A stretch of DNA of 64,000 nt, from positions 61,814,001-61,878,000 of the forward strand of contig OZ336885.1 in the NCBI GenBank assembly GCA_965287045.1, written 5' to 3'. Below, in pieces: positions 53,350-64,000 of this stretch; position 1 is the first letter of the stretch, and each line of letters opens with the position of its first letter. The notes under the pieces are model-generated. The model was not told the DNA's origin, made no database searches, and worked only from the letters and a program-made list of their open reading frames with translations. This DNA comes from Carcharhinus amblyrhynchos (taxonomy: Eukaryota). The position numbers and the translations under genes are program-made.

Positions 53350-55055
53350 CATAAGAAGCTGAAAGGTGAAGACACACAGAATCGTAAACAATAACGCACC
53401 CTTCCCAAATGAACTCAAGGCATTTCATGCCTGTTTCAGCAAGGGGACAGCGCGAAGACATCATGTGCCTCGGAAGCTGAAAGGTTACCAGAAGTCACCA
53501 TTCCCTAAATCAGATCGCTCTTCATCAAAGGAATCCCACATGAAGCGTGTGTCACAGATGGGGGAAGCCCGGGGGTCCATTCAGATCACACGTATACCAA
53601 TTGGTGGGGGTATTCACAGGCATCGTTAACCTCTCCTAACACCGATTTGACGTCCCAGCCTACTAAAGGAAAGCTGGCATCATCATTGTGCCAACGAAAA
53701 AAACAGGTTTGCACCTTGATGACTACCCTCCGATATCGATCATTATAAGAGCTCTGATAAATTAATCATGAAACGCGTCACATCTAGTCTCACAGATTGG
53801 CTGAATCTACAACAATTTGCCTATTGCTGCAACAGACTCCAACTCCGTGGTGCTTCACTCAACCATGGATCACTAGATAACAAGGACACTTATATAAGGC
53901 TCATTTGTACTGACTATGCTGGACCTGCAATAATATTTTATCTACAAACCTCGTTTTCGACCTCTGTGGCGTACGGCCCAGCTCTCCCTCCACAATTTAA
54001 TCCTATAATTCAGAACCCAGTGACCACAATGGTTAAGGAAAAACAACGCCAAAGTATCCACGGTCATCCTCAACACCGATGGCCCATATGCGTGTGTTCT
54101 CCGGCCCTTCATACATTCGTTATACAATTAAGACTCTGTAGCAAAATTCCGTTCCAACTCCATTTTCAGGTTTGCTGATGCCATCACTGTCGAAATTCCA
54201 ATATTCATGCGATAAAGTGCAGGAAAAATATATCAGTTCCGATCAAATGGTAGGATGGCAATAATGTTGCATTTCTCGTTCGTAAAACAACGAAGTCGTG
54301 ATCGACTATAGTAAGTCGATAGAATGACGTGACCTTCTTTATCGCAACTGGGCTGAAGTGGCAATGGGTGAGAGATTCAAATTTGTAGGTGCTTAGATCG
54401 CTGACAATCTGTCCTGACCCCTCCACTTTGAAGCAGTTGTAAAGGAAACACTTTAATGACTCCATTTTCTCAGTAGGATACGGAAATTCGGCATGTCCAC
54501 TACAACACACGCTTTTTTTTTCAGGAACAGCGTGGAACGCATTTTTTTTTTGGATATGTCATGACCTGGCATTGCTCATGCCCTTACCAAGACCACAAGA
54601 AACTATACAGTTTTGTGAACAGTCCATTATGCAAAGCGAGCTCGTATCCCGAGGCTTCGTGACATTTTGCACTGCCTCATAAAAACAGGCACCGTACTCA
54701 AGGACAAGCACGAACCAAACATTCTCTTCCACCTTCCTCTCCCACGAGACAGAAGCTCAAAATTCTGAGAACATTTGCAAACGGAATGAAGGAAATTTTC
54801 GTCCCTGTTTCCAACAGTCATTTGAAATGACGTACCGTATATTGAACTGACATTTCTCTTCACCCTTTCGGTAATAGCAACATTGTATTTTCCCCGTTCC
54901 TTCTCCCTTAATCTTTCCATTAACACTTTGAATTGTCTATTCAGCGAACAAGAAACACTACCTCTTTCCGCATCCCAATACTTTTGACTTTAATATATAG
55001 TCTAGCTCTCTCACTCTTTCTCTCTCTCTCTCTCTCCGTATATCAAACCAAATCA
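53350..55055 (+). mobile_element. Rex1/Babar LINE remnant with RT
   Basis: PFPNELKAFHACF (cf. LPDELNAFYARF), LQQFAY.CNR, LDNKDTYIRLI.TDY, FRFAD; 3' tail ending (TC)n...AAACCAAATCAAA. Confidence 0.8.
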
Positions 55056-55594
55056 AAGAATGTTATTAAATAAGAGCAGTACACTCATAAGGAAGTAAAA
55101 ACTTCCATACATAAATCTGTATCAAGAATGGATCAGTATGTAGTGGTTTTGTTAAAAATCATCAAGAAATAAGATACAAAGATAAGATAATTTCACAATG
55201 TTACCCAATACTGCAGCAAACAAAGTTTTAATTGGTCAATGTTTCAAAGGGAATGAACAGTTATCAAAAATGTGATTTCCATGCCAGTTATTTTTTGTAA
55301 ACTGCAACCAGTGTTCAATACGGCACCTCCAATCCGCATACCTTTTTGTGAACTAAAGATTTATATCCGATATTGTTGTACTGTACGTTGATTTCACACG
55401 AACAATAACGACAGCGAAGTTTTGGATATGGCCACTGGATATCAGGCACCATTCTTTTGAGAACATGTTATGAAAAGGATGAGTATATATATTCAAATGA
55501 TTTTTGATTCGCTCTGTGTTGCTAATTGAGAATTAGTCAAATCAGAGAGTCAACTTCATCACTAAAAACAAATAAACAATTTAGTTGAGCTTTA

Positions 55595-55715
55595 GAGACA
55601 TAGAATCATCGAGGTTTAGAGCATGGATACATGCCATTCGGCCCAACTTGTTTATGCCGCCCTTTTTAAGCCATAAAAATATCAGTTTGGCTCTATGCCC
55701 ATTTTCTCCATAAGT
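55595..55715 (-). mobile_element. CR1 3' tail fragment (subfamily C)
   Basis: CATAGAATCAT...AGCATGGA...GCCATTCGGCCCAACTTGT; related to the copy at 58035. Confidence 0.6.
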
Positions 55716-56459
55716 ACGTAGAGTAGGGGTAATGAATATTACGCCCTCAGATCGTCATCCACGACACGAATTCATTTTAAAAGCATCCTATCTGACACTC
55801 AAACAATATTACACCGATTGTCAAGATTATCACCATGAGACTGAAAAAAGAAATATGATAGAATTGGACTTTTTTTTTAATTGAGCTATTACTTATGCGC
55901 CAAATGTCTGTAACGATTTCATTCGCTTCGAAGCGGTGTTGTTGTTTTTTGTAACTTTTGATGACAGAATATGAACCCAGCAAAGTTCGCGAGTGACTGC
56001 AATGTAACACAGGAATGCCTGATATCTTTCCAAACTGCCGTGAGTGAAAGGGTAAACAAATATGTTAATACATGGTCAGGTCATCCAATTGATGACATGA
56101 TTGGTGTGTTTCCTTTTCATTGCTAATGGATAACTTATAATACCCTTCCATGGACTGGATGAAGTAATCCAAATGACCGGTGCTGTGAGTTTGTTTGCGT
56201 CATTGACACGCACATTCACACGAAAAGAAAATTCTTTATTTCACGCTAACGTTTTGAAGCAATGGGACGTCCAGGAGGTTGTAAACAGGAACAGGTATGT
56301 TGGATGCTGACAAGAGTGGGCCATAAACTGACCAGCGAGGTCGCGTATCAAATAAACCCACACAATTGCATTGCTTATCCCGTTGGCTTAGACTGAACTT
56401 TACGAGAGAAAATAAGTCAGCCGACATAATTTAAGATACATGGAGTTACATCAGCGTAG

Positions 56460-57965
56460 ACCTCAAAGATGTGCACGGGATCCTTCCAGGAAATTCCCAG
56501 GCAATAATCTTCATGGCAATTCTCCAGAACACAACACTATCCTGCAATATTTGCATGAACTGGGAATGATCTGAGAGAGAGACTCTAAGTATAACACTTG
56601 AGTTATTCCAACTGTTGCAGGACAACTGCGACTCAGAGCCTGTAAGAAATGTAACTTATTCTGACTTGTGGTTAACTATTTAGATAATTAATTCACTTCA
56701 CTCACCAGGGGTCACCCAACCACCTGACCAAATGCACAATCATATGACTTTAATACCACACAGAAAACTGTCTATGCGATGGCCAGCTCGGTCCCCAATT
56801 CGGTCCCAACACCGTTTACGTCTGGATCATATTTGAAATCCCTGACACAGCTCTAGCTGAATATCTTCAATATACAAAACCTCGTTCCCACATACAGATC
56901 CAGGTGGGACTTTCCCCCAAAGCCCAACATTCCCCACTTCCTTATCACCCAATCCCGACCATAAATGCCTTTTCAACTTGACTGACCTTCAGCTACAACT
57001 AACTGGTCCGATCCACCTGGTTACCTTCCAGAAGCTGCCCTGACCAACAATGCAACCGGTCGTGACAGCTTCAAATGGAGGGAGCTAACCATGCACCTGA
57101 CTTGGAATCCCCCGGGTCACGCAGGCCGCCTACAACAACGTACAGTCTCGCTGATTTCGGAACAAACATTGCCCTCCATTACTCCCTTCCATAAATGCAA
57201 CACGATTGGCCAACGCACAACACATGTTGTTCCACCTAAGGCACATAAGGAGAGTCAACATTCCTGCTGATGCAACCCGCTATCATGCCCTTGGTCTATC
57301 TTTATATCGCGGAAATTCTCGCCGGAAAGGCTCAACGACCCCAACTTTGGTACCATAGCTAACCACTCCCTGTAATATGACCAGAGTTGCCTCTGCTCCT
57401 GGGCTAGACTTTCAAAATGCGTTTTCTCCATTGATGTCTGAAACAAACCTATTTCTGTCTGCCTCAAATTTGATCAAAATTCTGATCTTTGTCATCTTAT
57501 TATCGTCACAGAAGACCAAAATAACCATCGCCAATGCAGTCGGATTCGACTCCTAATCCCTCACTCCGCAGGCCCTCATTACTTATCGGTCACACTCGAC
57601 CTATGGCGCACCTTGAGAGATCTAAGCCCCACTCTACACTGACTACTGAAGACACGCAACAGCCCACGTAAACTTCGAACCCCACACAGCATATACTCAC
57701 ACCCTTCGTAGGGTTAACCAAACACCAAAACCTCGATGCTCAAAATCCACCGCCAACTACTCCCCAGCTCTGAGCTTCCCGACGAACCAAATCCAAATCC
57801 TTGCTTCATCTGTTGCCTGGTAAATTCTATTAAAACGTAAAGTCAACTACGTGACACCAGCTCGGGCCTTAGGAAAGGAGATTGGTCCAGAAAACAAACG
57901 CCGTTGACACATTGTAGAACATATTCGAAGCATAACCCACCAGTTCTGGTCATCACACGCATTTG
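56460..57965 (+). mobile_element. Probable ERV env (SU) remnant B
   Basis: C-rich coding-like block. Pieces CNICMNW.S...ITL, C.AGQL.LRAC and RNVTYS resemble the Cys spacing of class-I ERV env N-termini; many N-X-S/T sites (NTT, NVT, NLT, NWS, NAT, NHS, NMT); CFIC (CXXC) at ~57800; many stops and frameshifts. Confidence 0.4.
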
Positions 57966-58034
57966 CTACATTTTGACGAGCTGGAACTTCACTTCAATGT
58001 TCCCTCATTCATAAGTACTGTTTCTTTCGGGCGT

Positions 58035-58826
58035 TATAGATTCATAAGGTTGTCGAGCTGTATACCATGGAAATAGATCGTTCCGCCCAGCTGTCCATGC
58101 CTCACCTTTTTCAACCATTTAGCTAGTCCCAATTTTCCGCGTTTGGCTCATATCCCTTTGTAAACATCTTGTCCATATAATGTTTAAATGCTTCTTATTA
58201 TACAAAGTTGAGACGCCGTTTCTACTGCGTGTGACAGCTTGTCCCAGGCATTCACCACCACTTTTTTTTAAAATGAAACTTTGCCCCTCTAGATCCCTTT
58301 GTATCTCTCCCCTCTCATTTTCAACATATGCTCTTTCATTTTTGGTTGCCCTACCTTTGGGAAAATATGTTGACTATCTAGCTGATCTATGCTCCTCACT
58401 ATTTTTAAGATCCTTTAATATCACCGCTAAGCGTCCTACGCTCCAGGGGAAAAAAGTTGCCACATTTCCAGTCCCTTGTTAAAACTCAAAACATCAAGTC
58501 CCGGTAGCATACTAGCAAATGTTTTTTGCACAATTTCCAGTTAAACAAAATCTTTTCGATGATAGAGTGAAAAGAACTGTGAAGCTGTAATCCAGGTGTG
58601 ACCTTACAAATGTCTTGTACAACTTCAAGAAAGCGCCACAACTGATGTATTCAATGTTCTGACGAGAGGAACCAAGCATGTCGAATGTCTTCATCAGTGT
58701 TCAGACCAACCGCGACTCGAATTTCAAGGCACTACCAACTTGTGACCCTCGATATGTTTGGTCCCTCAACACCCCTCACCCGCTACCCTTAAATGAGTAT
58801 GCCCTTCCCTGGATCGCTCTACACGG
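58035..58826 (-). mobile_element. Old CR1 LINE 3' fragment (subfamily C)
   Basis: ORF 58512-58694 LKLYKTFVRSHLDYS; AGGCATTCACCAC and CR1 tail motifs. Confidence 0.8.
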
Positions 58827-61760
58827 TTAGTTAGCTTTTGAAGTGGGATACAATAAATCAAGGAGGCTTAATGCATTTTTTGATACCTTGAAGGGTACAT
58901 CGGGAAAAATCAATACATTCAACTCATTAAATATAAGACACGAGTGTTCGATAATCCGCTCAGAGAGAGAAAAAAAGACCACACCACTCCACTTAGTGCA
59001 GAGACACCGGCAAATTTGAAATTTAGAATCAAATGTATGTTGAACAATCAAGCACTTGATCTTCGCCATGGACGTGTGCTGCGCTGACAAGCAAACTGTC
59101 GATGCCCTGATGAAACAATTGTAATAATCCAGTGGTTCCCTTGGAGAATGTGTAAACGGCCACGATACCTCTTAAATAGTGGTTGATAACTTCCGAGTTT
59201 AAAGCCACCATTTTTATTCCATCAATTATTCACATAGCAGAGGGTCCTTGTAAGATTGTTAGAAGGAAAAAAAGGATACTGTGGAGCTCAGAAACTGCAA
59301 ACATGTGTTTTGTTTTGAGGGATACGCCCAACCGTATTTTATGAAAGCATAGGTGGCATTAGTGGTGCATATAGTAGAGTCCAGAAAACTGTAGCAAAGT
59401 GTCATTTTTTTTCGAGGAACTCCCTTTATCGTTGGGACATGAGATATTAATTTAGGACCTACGCATTTTGTCGCCAATGCCGTTAACATTCAGCACTACA
59501 ATTAGCTTGACCAACATTAATTGCAAATCTGCAGTTGCCTTCAATCGGCGCTGGTTGGGTGGTATTTTGAAAATAATCTGTCTTCGACATTTGAAATGTC
59601 GATTCAGATTTGTTTTTTTTTCATTCAGCAACAGCGAAGAAAGAGCACGATTTTTTTTCCCAGAAGACAGGCGGATAGTGACAACAGCAACTAATTCGTT
59701 GTTCGCAAATATCTGTTTACTTTGCGAATTTGCCGCACTTTGCTCCGATTAGAACGACAGATAGCATTTGTCTTAATGCAACAGCATCAAATGATGTACT
59801 TAGGTGGAGTATCTTGAATTTCACACCACAGGTTCTGATCATTCAATTTGCAGTTTTGTATGAGGGCTAACCTATCCCTGTCCGATTGTCCGTTTACCCT
59901 AAATTTGCAATGATATCATTCTTCATGGTTAAAATATTGTTGGCTTCAATTTATGGTAGAAATATCATTTTCCTACATACATTCACAGGAGGAAGTTTTT
60001 TTTTTCTCTTTTCTAACGCCTCTACCCAATCACATTTCAGTTCATCATTTAGCACCAACGCGTTTACAAATTTGCTTGCCATGTGACGGTAGTGTACGAT
60101 GTCATAGCAATTTAAAAAAAAAGTAAACAAACACAGTATCGTGAAGTGGGCAGGCGAATATTCGAAATCCGTGATGGGTTACCCGGGAAATAAAACTGAA
60201 GTACGTCACCGAGACGCCACGACATGAATTTCTCTCAAAATTTTATTTGTTCACCTTCTTCTTTGGGAGGCGGTTTCGTGTCATCTAAATCTGAAAAGGG
60301 AAATGAAAATTTCATTAAGCCCATTGCATACGTTTAGAATAACTTGGGCTCACTGGTTCGTCTCACTTATAGGCTTAAATATCACGAATACATGATTTAA
60401 GTTATTTATGTAAAATTTCGTATCGCATAATGCAAATCAAATGAGATGTGGAGACAGCTGCGTGACTGATTAGGGTGCAATCAGTAGTTGGGAAAATTGG
60501 AACTGCATTTTTCTTTCTGCTATTAGCAAGATATGCGTTTGTTACTTGATCACAGCGGGAGAGCGAAGTTTCTAAATTCCTGATCAATGCATATATTTCA
60601 GGAAACGTTACTCAAGCTGCTGATCAAAGTGTTTTGATAGTGCCCCTTTAAGAATGTTGGAACTCTGTCTCTTGCTTCGCAAAACGTCAAATGTACCTTC
60701 GTGACCGTTAAAGAAATGATTAAACATTAAAATAATGTTCTTCTTTGTGAAGTGCCATTTCTTAACCACGTTCATTTTGCACATTTTTAGAAACTTTATC
60801 CCTTTTATAATGAGTTTTCTTTATTATCTTCTTGATTAAATGCCCGTAAGTATTTTTCTATGAACTGTTCACAAATCAACTAACTGCAATATAACCAAGA
60901 TCAAAATTATTTTCAAGGACATGTTTCGAATTGCACAAATTTGCGCGCAATTATTCACTGTCACAACAAATTGGATAATAACATCGAAAATGACGACATT
61001 TCGAGTGATGGGTTCAATCTTTGGAACAACCACTTTAAGACGCAAATACTACCGCATGGTTAGTCTGAAAACATGTGTATACATCATAATTTGGATCTGA
61101 ATGCACGCATCTGAATGAGCAAAAATGCATTGACTATCGTGTCTGCACATAGATACAGTTTGAAATGTTTAAATTCATTTAAAGGTGAATCGTGAGATTT
61201 CTAACGAGTTAGTGAAATTAAAAGAAACAGATCAAACACTGCCGGATGCAGCAGTAAAGAGTTAAAGGATTCTTGAAACAAGGCACAATAACTCTAGATT
61301 ACACGTATGCGAATGAGGTAAGATAATATACCAATTGTTTATGAATTTAAAGCATATATGCTGATACTGTGATGTATTTGGGGTAATGTATTAAGCATTG
61401 CTCGCTTCAGGCAAAAACAGATTGCTGCAACATATGACGGCAAGAGTGACTATTTCAGAGCCTAATCTATGGAGGATCATAGTTATTAAATTTGTATCCA
61501 ATATCCTCTAATGTTGGGAGGCACATTGCAACATTTATGAATATGAGTATTCATTGTGGAGACTTACGTTGGAAGCGTGCTGGATCGCTGATCTATCCAA
61601 TTGGGCAATGATCAACTTGATGCATCCACGTTGACCCATCTACAAAGTGTCTAAAATAACTAAACAACAGGGGAGAGACTTTAGCCATGATGGGATGTAG
61701 CTTCCAGATTTAGTGGATGAATGAAATATCATTACGTTAGATGGTAAAATATAATTTGTT

Positions 61761-61910
61761 ATAAGAACATAAGAACATAAGAAATAGGAGCAGGAGTAGG
61801 CCATCTGGCCCTTCGAGCCTGCCCCGCCATTCAATAAGATCATGGCTGATCTGTCGTGGCTCAGTTCCACTTTCCCGCCCTCTCCCCATAACCCTTAATC
61901 CCCTCTCTAT
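61761..61910 (-). mobile_element. CR1 (subfamily A) short 3' fragment
   Basis: Near-identical to 12153-12300. Confidence 0.95.
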
Positions 61911-62079
61911 GGTGAATGTCGGTGATTATTATTAAAGTGTGTATCAAAATGCAATTAATTTTCCGTTCAAGCAAGGTGTGGATGATACGTAAGAAAAAAC
62001 ATAACTACTATTTATTTGGTTTTCGTTGTGTACGTCAGATTCATTGGAGACGTTTGTCACTCTATCTCAGACCTACTTC

Positions 62080-63540
62080 AAAGAATCACAAAAAACTGCA
62101 ATGCTGGAGAGCCCATCTGTTCATCGAGTCTGGACAAAAGAATGAACTCAGCTGCTGACGTGTCCACCTCATCCCATTTGCCTGCATTTGGCTCATAGCC
62201 CTGAACGGTACGGCGTGATAAGTACACATGCAAACAATTTCCAATGGATGTGAGTCATCACACCCGTATCAGTCTCTGAGGGAGTGCATTGAAGGTCATC
62301 CCCACCTTCGAGGTAAAAATGGTTTTCCCTCAAATCCACCCCAACTCTCAAACACTTCACATTTGACTGACGGTTCAAATAAGCAGAACAACTGCTACAT
62401 ATCAACTTTGTCCAGACTCCTTGTACGCTGGAACATCTTCATCAGGTCGTCCCAAGTCGTTTGTGCATCAAAGGGAAAAACAAAACAAAACAAAAAGATC
62501 CAGCCTGTCTTTATGACCAAACTGTTCCATCCCAGGCAAAATCCTGGGGAATGTACTCTGCACTCCTTCCAGTGTGATCGTATTTCCCCTATAATGTGAC
62601 AAACAGAACTGTACAAAGTACTTCAGTTGCTGTCCCCTCAAAGTTCGATACAATTCCATCATGACTTTCCATTTTTTGTGATCTATACACCCATTGAGGA
62701 AGGCGAGTGAGCAACATGCCTTTTCTTCATCCTATAAAGCTGAGGTATAGGAAAAACACGCCGATATCCCTTTCATCATCCAAACTTTGTTGTGTCAGAA
62801 CTTTTATACTTTCCTGTCATGATTCACTTGACATTTTTACGTTAAATTGCATCTGTAATTTACCTGTCAATTTGAAAATCTTGTTTATAGCTTCCTGTCA
62901 AACAAAAATCTCGACCTCATTTTTAACAGCCCAGTCAATTGCCGTGTCATGGGCAAACATACTTATCTAACATTCCGCATTGTCATATATGTCAATAATT
63001 TCAATAGCGAATAATAGGGGGCACGGCACAGATGCCTGCAGTATGCCAATGGTCACGGACCTGCAGTCACTAAAGCAGCAGTCTGCCAACACACTCTATC
63101 TCTTATCGTTGAGCCAACTATGAATCCAACTAATCAGGTCACTGTGCATCCAATCTGCATTTGTCTTCCTGATACTCTCCCAGGAGGGACATTTTCAAAG
63201 GTGTTGCTGAAATCACGTAAGATACGTCAACCACAATACCCTCATCCACACATTGGGTACATGCTCACAAAATTCAATCATGATTATTGGGCATGACGTC
63301 CCTCTCTCAAAACCATGTTGACTATTATCCTGCCCAAACGTTGCTTCTGCAAACGGAGATAGCATTGCTCCTTCAGAATCGTCTCCATCAATCTCGTAAC
63401 CATGTACGATAAACTCACTCGCCTGTTGTCCCCTGTCTTGCCGCTACAATCTGTAATAAATACTGGGGAAACAATAGTTGCTCTCCTGTTTCCTGGCACC
63501 TCCTTGGTGGCCAGGTAGGAATTAAAACTAAGCTCAGAGG
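62080..63540 (-). mobile_element. Old CR1 LINE fragment
   Basis: MELYRTL...LKYFVQFC.SHYR...LEGVQ.TFPRILPG; TCTCAAAACCATGTTGACT (reverse complement of SQHGF); PGKTGDNRRVSL. Confidence 0.8.
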
Positions 63541-63564
63541 CCCATAGAATTACAATTCATATTT

Positions 63565-63840
63565 GCAGCTCAGGGTGGAGCTTGTGCTTCGATTGTATCA
63601 AAGTGTTGCACGTACATACAAGACACACCAAAGAGCATAGTTGTTTTGGTTACACACATTCGAAAGGATGTCGAGAAGCTGAAAGAGCCAACATTTCTTT
63701 TTCTATTGGACTGGGCGACTGACGGGATGGATTCATTGGAGACGGATATAATGCAAGGTTTAGTGCATATCCTCACTTTTCCTCCAATAATCGTTGTGGT
63801 TGTAAGAACGATTAAATGTTGCTTTTATTTGGCAAAATAA
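63565..63840 (+). mobile_element. ERV env TM remnant C (SU remnant probably at ~61990-62075, across the CR1)
   Basis: Open frame AAQGGACASIVSKCCTYIQD (end of immunosuppressive domain plus CX6CC), heptad HIRKDVEKLKE, hydrophobic GLVHILTFPPIIVVVV, then IKCC. Confidence 0.85.
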
Positions 63841-64000
63841 TCTATGGTGAGTGTAGCAGCAGTAGCATCCATAGAGGAGGACAAGGAAATATCTCAATTC
63901 CAAGCTCTCCTCCACAATATGAGAGTGTGTTCTGTCAAACATCTCTACAACGGATTGAATGAAAAATTACTTTTACTTATGATTTTGAATAGTAGTAAGT

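Noticed and set aside
56520-56620. Alternative frame ILQYLHELGMI*ERDSKYNT*VIP resembling a retroviral RT N-terminus
   Set aside because: No downstream LPQG/YxDD motifs; the env-like reading explains more of the block, though both are weak
1712-61790. Recurrent AACATAAG repeats, considered as a possible array or CRISPR-like repeat
   Set aside because: They are CR1 3' terminal microsatellites attached to LINE tails; the context is eukaryotic and there is no spacer structure

Overview
Repeat-rich vertebrate genomic DNA, most likely from a cartilaginous fish. This is inferred from the repeat families: CR1 LINEs with (TTCTTATG)n tails, V-SINE/HE1-type tRNA SINEs, Rex1/Babar LINEs and a Penelope element. 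I could not identify any intact host protein-coding gene; nearly all listed ORFs are random or transposon-derived. The window contains about 12 CR1 fragments from at least three subfamilies, three Rex1/Babar remnants and about eight SINE remnants. It also holds a decayed two-gene PIF/Harbinger DNA transposon (spliced Myb/SANT gene on +, DDE transposase on -), truncated by a Penelope-like element with a GIY-YIG domain and a mutated minimal hammerhead ribozyme. The last 18 kb carry three separate + strand class-I-like endogenous retrovirus remnants. A few short minus-strand exon candidates (27, 92, 33 nt and a possible first exon) may belong to an unidentified long-intron host gene, but support is weak. 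The unique DNA looks unusually CpG-retentive and contains long G/C tracts. I found no convincing novel biological system; the items below are leads. Boundaries of old elements are approximate.
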